Positions 21,661 to 33,050 of a stretch of DNA of 64,000 bases are shown piece after piece. Under the pieces are notes generated by a model that was given only the letters and a program-made list of their open reading frames with translations, was not told the origin of the DNA and made no database searches. The position numbers were made by a program, and so were the translations under genes. This DNA comes from Williopsis jadinii (taxonomy: Eukaryota), in contig AP024665.1 in assembly GCA_024346625.1 (NCBI GenBank), forward strand, positions 1,426,001-1,490,000, written 5' to 3'. Every line of letters begins with the position of its first letter. The first letter of the stretch is position 1.

Positions 21661-22101
21661 GCACATCTCAACAGCGCTATGGATATATGGTATATGGACG
21701 AGTGTGGGGTTTCGGGTGATTGGAAACAAACTTCTAGAAGGCTGTTTCATATAAACTTGATGGTGTCTCCTTTCATCTCAAGCCATGTTGAAATCTTTTC
21801 TCTCTCTCTCGTTTCTTTATACAATACAAAGGAAGATGTACAAGCCAAACATGTTTTCCCCTACACAATCAACGTTAATCACATTGTTCTCTCTTTCTTC
21901 TTGTTTTCTTTGTTCTTTACATACATCACAAAAGGACAGGTATTTGATTTCCACCAATAAAAACACTGCAAAAATAAAACGTAATAAAAGAACGAATCAT
22001 CTTTTTTTATCTGGCTTTTGTATAGTACATGTAGTGTGCTGAATATCATTGTTTAACGTGAATGATGTCTGGGTGGAATAGCACACACGAGCTTCTTATT
22101 C

Positions 22102-24450
22102 TTACCTGCGAACACTTAATGTTCCTCTATCGTCTAGTCCGGCATCAAATGATAAGTCATTCAATATCGTTGATACATCATTAGTTTTCAGTGAAGTTCC
22201 ACCATTGACGTTGCCATAAGAATTAACCCTCCCCAGAGCTCCACCACTAACAACGTGGCGTAATTGATCAACCCTTGGGACGTTAAGCTTACCCATCATT
22301 AGTGATCTAGCAGAAAGAGGTGCAGAACGAATCGATCCACAATCACCGTTATGAATCAATTGTTGTGGTTGTACCAACATCGCAAGTGAAACATTTGTGG
22401 ATCCGTTTGGGGAAGCAAAGGAAAGGTCCTGTGTGGTATCGTTACCTTCATAATGGCCATTTTCACATGTTTCATCATGTTCTTCATCATGACCACAGTC
22501 ACCATTGTGGGATCCATAACGATAATGACCCCTAAACATAATATCAATGTAGTTCTTGAGCTCTGAATGTTGAGAAAGAACAGATTTAAGATCATCTGCA
22601 CTCAATTCAAAAATTGGTGTTAATTTACCTTCTTCAAATGGATACTTATTAGATATCCTCCAAAGTTGCTTGCCCTTACGGTAGTCAATACGGGACAATA
22701 CGAGTTCCTCTAAATCGATGTACTTCAATTCTTGAGAACATTTCCACAAGAGCGTCAATGCTAAATTGTCTTTCATGATTTCTTCAACCTCTTCACTTTG
22801 TTCATTCTCCAGCAACCATTGCAATACAAATGGAACTGCGTTGACCAATGCATTTATTCCAAACCTTCTTGCAAAAAGTTCAAGCAGCTTGATAGAGGCA
22901 GCAAAGTTGATGGTATTGTCAAGGGTAGAATAGTGCTCAATGGCCTCGTAAAACTGATTCACAACACTTGCCTTGCCGTTGGTAATTAAATTATCGTAGT
23001 CTGGTTTTAAAACCCCGTTATCCGGTGAATACTCCGATCTTAAAACGATAATCAATATACCAGTATACTTCATTTGTATACGGAAATTATCTGCACTTGT
23101 AGCCTTGACATTGTTAAAAGATATCAACTCAAATGTATCAAAGAATAATTCAAGTGGAACAGTGGTTCGTTGCACAGCAGTGTTTTCATTGGCCACGGTC
23201 ATTACACCTTTGATATCATCAAGCAATACTATGATCTCTTTGTTGCGTCCCTTCTTCACGTAATCCTTCAAGGTTACTGTCAACTCCGCAACCATATCAA
23301 TAATTTGGTCTTGATAGTAGATGTGTGTTGCCAATGATGAAATCGGCTTATTATAAGCATCGATCAACTCCGTTGATGCCTCTGAGAGGGATGCTTTTAA
23401 CTGAAGTTCCACAAGTTGGTGCACGTGGTCAATGACAGATAGACCCACCAAGTTCACAGAGGATGATAAGAGCCCAGCTGTCAAGTCTAGATATATTGTT
23501 TGTTTAGTTGAGCTGTTATCCTTATGCAGCAGTCTCAATAAAATACTCAGAACAAGAAATCTCAACTGAACAGGGATCCAATTCGTAACCATCTCAATGA
23601 CAGCAACTCTCCATTTTCGATCAACCTCACAACTAACTAAATATTCAGCCACAGCTCTGGTTGACGATGTAATCTGATTTGCGGAAGTGGTATTAAAGAA
23701 CGACTTCAACGCTCTAACTGCTAACTCATCAATCTTTACGTCAGATGCGATTTCCGGTTCTTCAGCTTTGCGTGTCGTGACAAATCTTGACAGTTCATGC
23801 TGTGACGACGCATGAGACTGGGTTCTTTTCAATATTTGATCCGAGTTGAAGTCCTGCTTGATCTCTTTCAACACCAAAGGAATAGAATGGTCAACCATCG
23901 AGCTCCCTTGGCCGGTAATTATGATCTTTGAAGACGCAAAACTTTCAATTGCCCTGAGCGAAATGGCCTGCCAATCAGCTTGATTGGAAGCCTGTTGTGT
24001 GGATCCAAGGTCAAAGAAGCTGCGAGTAACTGTACTAAAAGTGTCAATGAAGTCAAAGTCCCCTGTGAACAGCTCGGAATCAAGGGTTTTGCAGAGCGTT
24101 GAATAGACAGGCAAAGCGTGCTGACAGAGACCAAGATCCTTTGTTCCCAACACCGACAAGAGTATCGCATTGACATTCTCCGCGAACACGTTAACATCAT
24201 CAGGACACTTCTTAATCAAGGCGTCGATAATCTCCAAGGTCACCTGGACGTTACCGGTTCTGCTTCGATACACATCACCGCTGTTCTTCTTCTCAAGGAA
24301 CTTGCCAACCTTCTCAAGTTTGACACGGCGCGTCGATGCATAGTACAACAAATAGCTGAGCTCAGACGAGTTCGGCTTCTTATCTGCTCCTCTTCCAGAT
24401 GGATAGCACTGGAGGATGAACCTCTGGTGTTTCGGTGTGAATATTTTCAT
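22102..24450 (-). CDS. EFR3: PI4-kinase (Stt4) plasma-membrane scaffold
   Basis: PKHQRFILQCYP...KPNSSELSYLLYYASTRRVKLEKVG; divergent from CEF1 as in S. cerevisiae. Confidence 0.92.
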   Translation of the reverse strand: MKIFTPKHQRFILQCYPSGRGADKKPNSSELSYLLYYASTRRVKLEKVGKFLEKKNSGDVYRSRTGNVQVTLEIIDALIKKCPDDVNVFAENVNAILLSVLGTKDLGLCQHALPVYSTLCKTLDSELFTGDFDFIDTFSTVTRSFFDLGSTQQASNQADWQAISLRAIESFASSKIIITGQGSSMVDHSIPLVLKEIKQDFNSDQILKRTQSHASSQHELSRFVTTRKAEEPEIASDVKIDELAVRALKSFFNTTSANQITSSTRAVAEYLVSCEVDRKWRVAVIEMVTNWIPVQLRFLVLSILLRLLHKDNSSTKQTIYLDLTAGLLSSSVNLVGLSVIDHVHQLVELQLKASLSEASTELIDAYNKPISSLATHIYYQDQIIDMVAELTVTLKDYVKKGRNKEIIVLLDDIKGVMTVANENTAVQRTTVPLELFFDTFELISFNNVKATSADNFRIQMKYTGILIIVLRSEYSPDNGVLKPDYDNLITNGKASVVNQFYEAIEHYSTLDNTINFAASIKLLELFARRFGINALVNAVPFVLQWLLENEQSEEVEEIMKDNLALTLLWKCSQELKYIDLEELVLSRIDYRKGKQLWRISNKYPFEEGKLTPIFELSADDLKSVLSQHSELKNYIDIMFRGHYRYGSHNGDCGHDEEHDETCENGHYEGNDTTQDLSFASPNGSTNVSLAMLVQPQQLIHNGDCGSIRSAPLSARSLMMGKLNVPRVDQLRHVVSGGALGRVNSYGNVNGGTSLKTNDVSTILNDLSFDAGLDDRGTLSVRR

Positions 24451-24791
24451 TATGTCTGTTCTCCTCCCCTTTGCCTACGATGAATGGTAATCACCCCAAT
24501 AAATGACTCTAAAGATACGCTTCTTCTCGGTTTCTGAGCAAGGACAGTTAAAGATCAACAACAGTGCCTTGTTCTGTGTATTGGAATCCGGCTACTTCTC
24601 TTCAATTCCGAATAAATGATGGGTTATTCTGCCCTCAGAGTGTCGGTTTTGTTGTCCTTTGTTACTGTGTTTTTTATTGTTTTGATTTTTGGCCGTATTT
24701 AAAATCAACAGCGGCTAACATACAAAAACATAAAAAACAGACGGTTTTGTGGTTTGTTGTCGGATTTGCGGTTTCCCGAGGGGTCTATACT

Positions 24792-24820
24792 GGTGTACGG
24801 GTGTTGGGGTGTACGGATGC
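24792..24820. repeat. Short 8-bp-period GGTGT array (Rap1/telomere-like)
   Basis: ggtgtacg ggtgttgg ggtgtacg gatgc in the EFR3/CEF1 divergent promoter. Confidence 0.65.
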
Positions 24821-24915
24821 TGTGGTAATATTTTTAGGCGTCTATTCACAAGCGGTTGTTGTATAGAGGCATCTCTTCTTTACGAGCGAGCGTTCACTAC
24901 CCTCTGCTTTGCGAT

Positions 24916-26944
24916 ATGGTTCCGGTCTATGTTAAAGGTGGTGCTTGGTCCAACGTTGAAGGTGAGTTGGATATGGCTTCCCGTGCTCTTTCTCCGTGCT
25001 TAGCGGGGGAACTATGTTCTATGATACTAACACTTCAGTATAGACCAAATCTTGAAAGCAGCTGTTTCCAAGTACGGGCTTCAACAGTGGACTAGAGTCG
25101 CTTCGTTATTAGCCAAGAAGACAGCGAAACAGGCCAAGGCTCGATGGAACGAATACCTTGATCCAAGGCTTCGTAAAGAAGACTGGTCGCCGGAAGAGGA
25201 TGAGAAGTTGTTGAATCTTGCAAGGCTATTGCCGAATCAATGGAGATCGATTGCGGAGTCGTTTGGAAGAACCGCTGCACAATGTGTTGAAAGATACCAA
25301 ACACTGCTGGATGAAACCTCTGGAAGCATGTCCTCAAATGACTTGGGGCTAACTGGCTCAAGTGCTGAGAACGCTGTGTCGATTGGCTCAACGAGCGTCC
25401 AGATTGGTGATCTCAACATTGATGCAGAGACGAAGATTGCAAGACCAGATGCCGTTGACCTTGATGACGATGAAAAGGAGATGCTCTCAGAAGCTAGAGC
25501 TAGGTTGGCTAATACTAAGGGTAAGAAGGCAACTAGAAAGGAGAGGGAGAAGATGCTTGCAGAGAGTAAACGTATTGCCCTGTTACAGAAAAGACGTGAT
25601 TTGAAACAGGCCGGTATAACAACGAAGCTTAGTGCCCCGAAAAAGAAGTATGCCACTCAAAAAGACTATAATGCGGATATAGTGTTTGAGCATAGACCCA
25701 CTGAAGGATTCTACGATACTTCAGAGGAGATCCAAGCAAACGACAAGCAGCTGAATAAGTTTGAACGTGATGTGAATTATTCTGGGTTGGATTCTGATAA
25801 GCAAAAGAATAAAGAAAAGAGACCAAGAAATGAAACGAAGCCACAACAGAATAATGAAATCGAAAAGGCTCCTATTATTAACGTGGATGAAACTTTCAAG
25901 AGAAGAAAACTGAATCTTCCAGAACCCGAGTTCAATGACGTTGAGATGGATGATTTGTCGAAGAAGAGCGAAGAGCAGATTCAGGCCACCTTGGAAGAAA
26001 GAGTAACACGTGAACAGACACTGGATAATAAATTGAAAATAGCTGCAGAGAAGGTTAAGGAGTATACAACTGGCAACTCTGCTTTATTGATTACAGAAGA
26101 AGCTGATCTTTTGGAAGATGAAGATCACTCGATAATAAAAGAAGAAGCACCTATTCCTGAAAAGACAACAATTTCCATTCTTGACAAATTGGCTAACTTG
26201 CCTAAGCCAAAGAATGACTATGAAATTGAAATAGAGGAAAGAGCACCCAAGGCACCTGCCCCTCAGAGCAAAAATGTGATCCTGGAAGATGAAGGTGAAA
26301 GACAAAGGCTCGAGCAGGTTGCACGGAAACAGCAAGAACAAGCAGCACTTCTTAGAAGATCTTATGCGGTCCAAAAGGGCTTACCGGTTCCTGACTTGGA
26401 CAGCTCATTCAAATTTAGAGAAGAGTCGAGTATTGATAAGCAGATGATCACATTGATCAGATCAGACTATACGAGGTTCAAGAAACCTCAGGGAGCAAAA
26501 GTGATACCTGATCTGAATCAACACTTGAGGGAGGAAATCATCAAAGAGATGAAGAATCTCATAGATAGTGATGAGCTCAAACAATTCCAAGACCAATTTG
26601 TCGTTCAGCATACCAAGTCCTTCCAGCCAAATGTCGATCCCTCATCACTGATTGATGAGCTCAATTCAATGGTGGAAGAGTGCACTGCAAGAGAAGAACA
26701 GATCAACCAAGACACCAACAACTACATCGAACAGCACAACACGCTATGGGAACAAAACATGGAGCTGCTACAAGAACTACAGGACGTTGATAGGGCTGAA
26801 GCTGCGTTCGAGATGCTCCGTCAAGGTGAATTGATCTCGCTTGAGGCAAGAAGATCCCGCTTGAACGAAGAGACTGAGACGCTCATTGCATCCGAACAAA
26901 GAGCACAGCAGCTTCTGCTTGAGCTCAAACGTAACAGATCCTAA
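24916..26944 (+). CDS. CEF1: Pre-mRNA splicing factor Cef1/Cdc5 (Myb repeats); intron 24962-25043
   Basis: Exon 1 MVPVYVKGGAWSNVE, GTGAGT donor, TACTAAC at 25025, TAG acceptor at 25043 giving NVEDQILKAAVSKYG. Myb repeats and DEKEMLSEARARLANT. Confidence 0.95.
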
Positions 26945-27151
26945 TGATAATTGAAAGCCAAGTGCAATGAACTCATGATTTATACTGTAGTCGGAATTTA
27001 CCCAATCGGGTGTAATGTGCATACCTCGGATCTTGCATTGTTTACATTTTGCAAAAGAACACAAAGGACAACTTGCTCTTGACATTAGACCACACAATTT
27101 GTATACCAAGCACCGTCTTCATCCCATATCATAGCTCTCTGCTGAGGAAAT

Positions 27152-29488
27152 ATGAGCACCAACCTGCTGTTTGTTCCCTACAGGAAGACGGAGCGTATCG
27201 AATTTGGTGCTGCTATTCGTGACATTATCTCTAAGGAATACTACCAGACACCATCAGCTTTTGAAGGCGACATCCGTGAAGTTGATACATTGAGGGGCGA
27301 TATCATAGATCTTGGCTCTACGCCTCATGATTTGGCACTGCTGAAGCGATACTATGTTCACCTCTGTGCGTTAGAGGGCAAGTTTCCCAACGATCTGGTG
27401 GAGTTCCCATGGTATGGTACGTTGGGGTACCGCGTAACAGGGCCTGTGAAGTTGAAGAGCTTCTTCTTTGAGAGGCTAAACGTCCTGTATAACATTGCGT
27501 CGTTGTATACCCACATGGCACTGGAGCAGGATAGAAAGAATGATGAAGGCCTCAAGAAGGCATGTCTCTACTTCCAGTATGCTGCATCCCATTTTGCCTT
27601 GATCGTTAAACTATCAGAGAAGGAGACAAGTGTGACGTTGCCGTTGGACATGCAGAAAGATACCATTGAGACGCTCAAGTTCTTGAGTCTTGCCCAAGCA
27701 CAAGAAGTGTTCTGGCAGAAGGCAACTGCTGACAAGGTGAAAGATTCTCTGGTGGCAAGATTAGCCATGCAGGTGAGCGATTTCTATAATGAAACGCTTC
27801 AATCTGCGAACCGTGGTGAAGGTTTCAGGACAGAGTGGATCAGCCACATAACAGTGAAGAAGGCACATTTTGAAGCAGTAGCCAACTTTAGAGCATCGCT
27901 TGCATCTGTGGCTTCGTCCAAGTATGGCGAGGAGGTATCCCATCTTCAAAGAGCGCAAAATGTCATCAACGGAGTATCACCGAATCTAAAATTTGTATCA
28001 CAGGCAGTTGAACAAGACTTTGAAGGTCTCACGAAGATCATTTCTGAGACTTTAAGAACAGCAGAGAAGGATAACGACTTGATTTACTTACAGGACGTTC
28101 CACAAACTCCCCCACGAATCATCAGTGCCAATGTTACGAAAGATCTCCCACTTGATGAGATTGTCAAGCCAGCTGAAGCCCTGAAGACCGGTAGCTATGG
28201 AAAGCAGTTGTTCCGTGATCTTTTGCCATTTGACATCATACAGATCTCTCAAGCATATCGTGAACGTCAATCTGAATATGTCCAGCGTCATTTGGCTGTG
28301 CCTATTAAGTCACTAACAAAGATGTTACACGAATTCCTCTTTATGAGAAATCTTCCTAGTGCAGTTGAGACTGTTGACAAACCCTTAGCCCTTCCAGTAT
28401 CATTGCTCGACCATCAACAAGAGGTTAAGACCAAAGGAGGTGTTGTCAAACTGAAACGTGCTCTTAGAGACATTGAGAATCTATCAATGGATGGTGAGAG
28501 GTTGCTTGCCGGTGCCAATGATCGCCTGAAACTCGAAGCAGAAGAGGATGAGCTCCTTCGTCAAAGACAAGGCTCTAAACATTGGACTAGAGAGCCATCT
28601 GCAACTGCAGCTGCTCCATTCTATCAGCGCATCAAAGACCTAGAGAACTATTTATCACAGGCAAAAAATGGTGATAAGACAATAAGAGAGCAGTTTAATT
28701 CTATTGAGTCACTTCTTGTTGTTTTGGCATCCTCAGAAGCTGAAATACGCAATTATATACCGAATTCAAAGGCTCGTCAATTGGATCCATCTTTGAGACG
28801 AGTTGTTGCTGAATTAAAAGAGTGTCTTTCAAAAGCTCGCAAACTGGAGTTTGAAAGAGACAACTTTCTTGAGGTGGTGGAAGTTAAGAGTGAACAGTAT
28901 AACATATTACCAAAGATCGTCTCGGAATACAAAGCCATGCAACAAGACTTGAAGGATGTGAAACTGGACATGACATCATTCGAGCCCGTTTTTGGAAAGC
29001 ACATCAAGAATTTCCAGAGTGATCTTGATTTCCTTGAATCGCAAAAGAAGACTCAAATAGAGTTAGAGCACAAGATCGACGAGCTTGACAAGAAGTTTAA
29101 TCACATGAATAGTTTGCAAGGCTCAAATGATGATAGGGCCAAGGTCTTGAAGAATTTGGACTTTGCTTACAACTCTTTTGTTGACCTTTTGAACAATGTT
29201 TCACAAGGTTTAAAGTTCTACAATGATTTTAACGCTCGTTGTCAAGGTTTAATCCAAGAAATTGATCAATTTGTTTCTAAAAGACGTGTTGAGGCTCGTG
29301 ATATGGAGGCTGAGTTGAATAACAGGTTCCAAGATATGAAGCTGAACTCTTCACCTCAAAAAGAAACACCAAAAGACAACATCACCATTCAACGTCCGCA
29401 ATCACCAGCGTTGATAGCACCAAAGGCCAAACCCGCAAAGTCTAAGAGTGGATTGTGGAATCCAGACAGTGGTATCAAGTTCAATTGA
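27152..29488 (+). CDS. RIM20: BRO1-domain pH-response regulator (PalA)
   Basis: FERLNVLYNIA, LAQAQE, AEKDNDLIY, V-domain GLKFYND; convergent with MOD5 as in S. cerevisiae. Confidence 0.9.
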   Translation: MSTNLLFVPYRKTERIEFGAAIRDIISKEYYQTPSAFEGDIREVDTLRGDIIDLGSTPHDLALLKRYYVHLCALEGKFPNDLVEFPWYGTLGYRVTGPVKLKSFFFERLNVLYNIASLYTHMALEQDRKNDEGLKKACLYFQYAASHFALIVKLSEKETSVTLPLDMQKDTIETLKFLSLAQAQEVFWQKATADKVKDSLVARLAMQVSDFYNETLQSANRGEGFRTEWISHITVKKAHFEAVANFRASLASVASSKYGEEVSHLQRAQNVINGVSPNLKFVSQAVEQDFEGLTKIISETLRTAEKDNDLIYLQDVPQTPPRIISANVTKDLPLDEIVKPAEALKTGSYGKQLFRDLLPFDIIQISQAYRERQSEYVQRHLAVPIKSLTKMLHEFLFMRNLPSAVETVDKPLALPVSLLDHQQEVKTKGGVVKLKRALRDIENLSMDGERLLAGANDRLKLEAEEDELLRQRQGSKHWTREPSATAAAPFYQRIKDLENYLSQAKNGDKTIREQFNSIESLLVVLASSEAEIRNYIPNSKARQLDPSLRRVVAELKECLSKARKLEFERDNFLEVVEVKSEQYNILPKIVSEYKAMQQDLKDVKLDMTSFEPVFGKHIKNFQSDLDFLESQKKTQIELEHKIDELDKKFNHMNSLQGSNDDRAKVLKNLDFAYNSFVDLLNNVSQGLKFYNDFNARCQGLIQEIDQFVSKRRVEARDMEAELNNRFQDMKLNSSPQKETPKDNITIQRPQSPALIAPKAKPAKSKSGLWNPDSGIKFN

Positions 29489-29516
29489 AGAAAAAGGGTT
29501 GTCAACGTCAATGATG

Positions 29517-30931
29517 TCATTGTGATATAGTCGTCTTATCTTTCTTTGCAAGCCATTCTTCGTATTCTCTTTTACGTTTGCCCCTGTTTAAGTTGGATCT
29601 ATGTCTTTTACTCTTGAGGTGTATTTCAAATTGTTTATCACCAACAATGACTAAAGGTGAATCATCACTGTTATGGCATATTTCACAAGTGATGTGCTTC
29701 CATTCTTTCAGCTTGTCCTTTTCTTCCTGCTGTCCCTTATTGGGAATCATATCAAATGGTAAAGACTTGGGGACCTGGCTCATTGTGGGCACCTTATCTT
29801 GGAGAAACTCTTCAGTGATAGATGCTCCTCTCTCAAATACGTTCTCGTTCCAGTGTGACAGGTCTGTGGCATCCAGAACATATAGTCTTCCTCCGTTTTC
29901 ATACCCATGTTCCTCCTCTTGCTGAAGATCTGATGCAAACATACCCTTTATCCACTTTACCTGTTTTTTGGCGTACTGTCTCGTACGTGCCTTCATTTGT
30001 TCAGTGCATTCCCTTAATAGTTTATCGTCTATTTGGCCATTTTCTAACCAAGGTAGGAACTCCTTGAAGCCAATGACTTGCCATACACCTCTCTCTAAAT
30101 CAGGTTTTGGTTCGTGTGTTGAGTAGTATTCGTAGAGCTCTCTAATCTCCTGCATTCCTCCCTCCTTCATCATCTTATCGACACGGTCGTCCAATCTCTT
30201 ATCAAGTATTGTCTTTTCAGAGAAGAGCCAAAAGGGTAAGATGTTATAGTCCAAGGACGATTCAGAATGCGCAGACTGCTTCTGTTCGCTATAGTGTTCA
30301 GATGCACTCTTCTTTGTTGAGAAGTAAATCTCGAGAGCCCTTCTAATGCGACGTGTATCATTAGGATGAAACTTCTGGGCTACTAGTGGGTCATATCTCT
30401 GTAACTGTTGCAGTACACCCTCTGGTGGTCCATCGAGAATGTCTAACTGTTCCTTTGTCAATTTTGAAGAGACGTCTTCAGCCTCTGTTACATCGCGAGG
30501 TATTGTCTTGTTGTTGAATAGAAGTGCCTTCAAGTAATAATGCGTGCCACCGACAACGATGGGTAGTTTGCCTCTACTATGAATATCATCAATGGCCTCA
30601 CCAGCTTCTTGAGAAAACCTGTGTATGAAATATTCCTCGTCCCATCCAACATGGTTCATCACATGGTGCACAACGCCTTCCCTCTCCTCCAAAGGATGTT
30701 TATTGGTGATGATTGGGGCACCTTTATACATTTGCATCGAGTCTGCATTGATAACCTCACCGTTAAACCTCTTTGCAAGCTCAATTGAGAACTTTTCATC
30801 GATTTGTTAGCCCAATCTGCTATATCAACATGTTACACACTTACTTGAGACTTGCCAACCCCTGTGGTCCCAACAATAACGACTACATCTTTTGGTTTGC
30901 CCATTATGAATCTCTTGATGTACTTCAGCAT
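29517..30931 (-). CDS. MOD5: tRNA dimethylallyltransferase; intron 30792-30844
   Basis: Exon 1 MLKYIKRFIMGKPKDVVVIVGTTGVGKSQ, GTAAGT donor, GGCTAAC branch, AAG acceptor, then FSIELAKRFNGEVINADSMQ. Also VVGGTHYY and a C-terminal zinc finger. Confidence 0.93.
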
Positions 30932-31032
30932 ACAAACTCTACGCTACGGTGATGGAGCAAAGGTCTAATTAGAAAACTTCCAATGGCTAAAGTAGTGCGA
31001 TGAGCTTACACGAGGCACTTGGCCGTATGATG

Positions 31033-31108
31033 CACCCAGACACCAAACACCCAAACACCCGTACACCTACCCATCCGTACATCCATACACCCGTACATCC
31101 CACACACC
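31033..31108. repeat. 8-bp-period CAYCC array (Rap1/telomere-like)
   Basis: cacccaga caccaaa cacccaaa cacccgta cacctacc catccgta catccata cacccgta catcccac acacc; contains ACACCCGTACAT. Confidence 0.85.
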
Positions 31109-31242
31109 TCATTGTCATCTCCAAAGATGGAAAGCAGATTCATCATCAACTAACCTCAAAAACAGCCTATAAAGTAGGACCACTGGAGTTCCTGCGCTCG
31201 TTGAAGTTGTCTGCCTAGAGGATACCGCTACGATACTTGAAC

Positions 31243-32201
31243 ATGGTGAGTAGTACCAGCAACAGGTTCTACATTTCGTGCTAACACTGCTTTCGCTCGA
31301 TCAACAGGAACAGTACACCTGGGATGATGTTGAACCACTTCCGCTCAACATTGAAGACAGCTCAGTTGCTTCAATCTTGTATACGGATAAGTTTAAAACA
31401 GTGATGGGCCTATTTAGGGCACTGCAGCAGAAAGAGGAATACTCGGAACGTGCGCTGGCACTTACAGGCAGTGTGATTGAGCTGATCGCTGCGCATTATA
31501 CGGTTTGGCAGTACCGCTACCAAATTATAATCCGATTGAATAAGGATATCAACAAGGAACTGGAATGGGTCGATGAGATAACACTGGACAATCCCAAGAA
31601 TTACCAGATTTGGGGTTATAGGCAATCACTGTTGAAACATTTGAACATGCGTGATATACACCGTGATATCCCCATCATCGACGTGATGATCGAGGACGAT
31701 CCGAAAAACTATCACGTCTGGTCATACCGTAAATGGTGTGTGCAATGGTGCGACGACTGGAGTAACGAGCTGCCATTTGTCGATAAGTGTCTCGAAAAGG
31801 ATGTTTATAACAATTCAGCATGGTGCCATAGGTACTTTACAGTATGCCACGGTGAAAAACTCAGCGAACAGGTGTTTGATTACGAAGTTGAGTACACAAT
31901 GGGCAAAATATCACTTGCTCCTCACAACGAATCCTCCTGGAACTACTTGGTGGGGCTGTTTGAAAAGGCTGATAAGTCTCTAATTCCCCTTGAAATTTTC
32001 GCTCAACGGTTTATCAAGATGGAAGGACCAAGTGACGCACACGAGATAAGCCTGTGGGCTTTTGAAGTGCTGACACGCATCTACAAAGAGAAAGGCGAGA
32101 CGGCACAGGTGATTGAGAACTACGAGCTTCTAAGGGACAAGTACGACGTGATGAGAGCGAACTACTGGGACCACCAGAGGAAGCTGTTACTGAGCAACTG
32201 A
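31243..32201 (+). CDS. RAM2: Farnesyl/geranylgeranyltransferase-I alpha subunit; intron 31246-31307
   Basis: ATG|GTGAGT...TGCTAAC...CAG|GAA gives MEQYTWDDVEPLP. PPTA repeats HYTVWQYR, PKNYQIW, KNYHVWSYR, NNSAW, NESSWNY. Confidence 0.93.
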
Positions 32202-33050
32202 AAGCACCACTAGAGCCCGTCTCTCTGTGCTCATTGCTTCTGGAACCATGCCTCCACATCCACCACCAGCACCATCACAAGACAATCTAACCGTGTGCTG
32301 TGCGACATAGCCGAACAAAGCAAACGTATGTGTCATACATAATAGTCCGTCCCTCGCCCACACAGCACACCAGATGTGGTCGCAGAGCGTGGACACCACC
32401 CGCATCAGCACACTCAAATGACAACATCACGGTATATACTGATAACAACCAATCACATCGCTACAATTATCAATACACGAAGGCCCAATCAGCCTACTTA
32501 ATCCACGCACAGTTCCCAATCTCCACGCCAACATCTAATCCCACTGGCACTTCCGTCCCTCACAACCCTGTGGGAATTGAACAGAGAAACAGCAACGCAC
32601 AGGCCAATTGATAGCACTGGACCAAAGACAAGGGAAAAGCCAAAGCCAAACAACACCTCAGATCGCTTCAAACGACTCCAAAAGGGGGAATTTTTCCAAC
32701 AGAGGCCCCCATACGCCCAGCTGGAAAATGCCTGCTTATCATGTTTTGCGGAGCATGGAAAATTCCCCCGGAAAAACAGCTGCCTTGCTGCACCAGCGGA
32801 AAAACATCGATAATTCCTGTGGAGATTTTCCACTCTGCAGCGATGAGCAGATAGCGACGAGCAGATAGCGACGAGGGTGATTAGGATTGTCTGCTGTGCG
32901 GTGGTAGCGGTGGTGATGGAAGAGGTGGCGATGGTGGCCGCAAGTATATAAGGAGGCTGATATCCTGCTGTTGGTGCTGCTTGGTCTGGCGTGGTGCTTC
33001 TACACAGTACCACAACAACTGCTTCTAACACTCTCTGTTGATCCGATACA

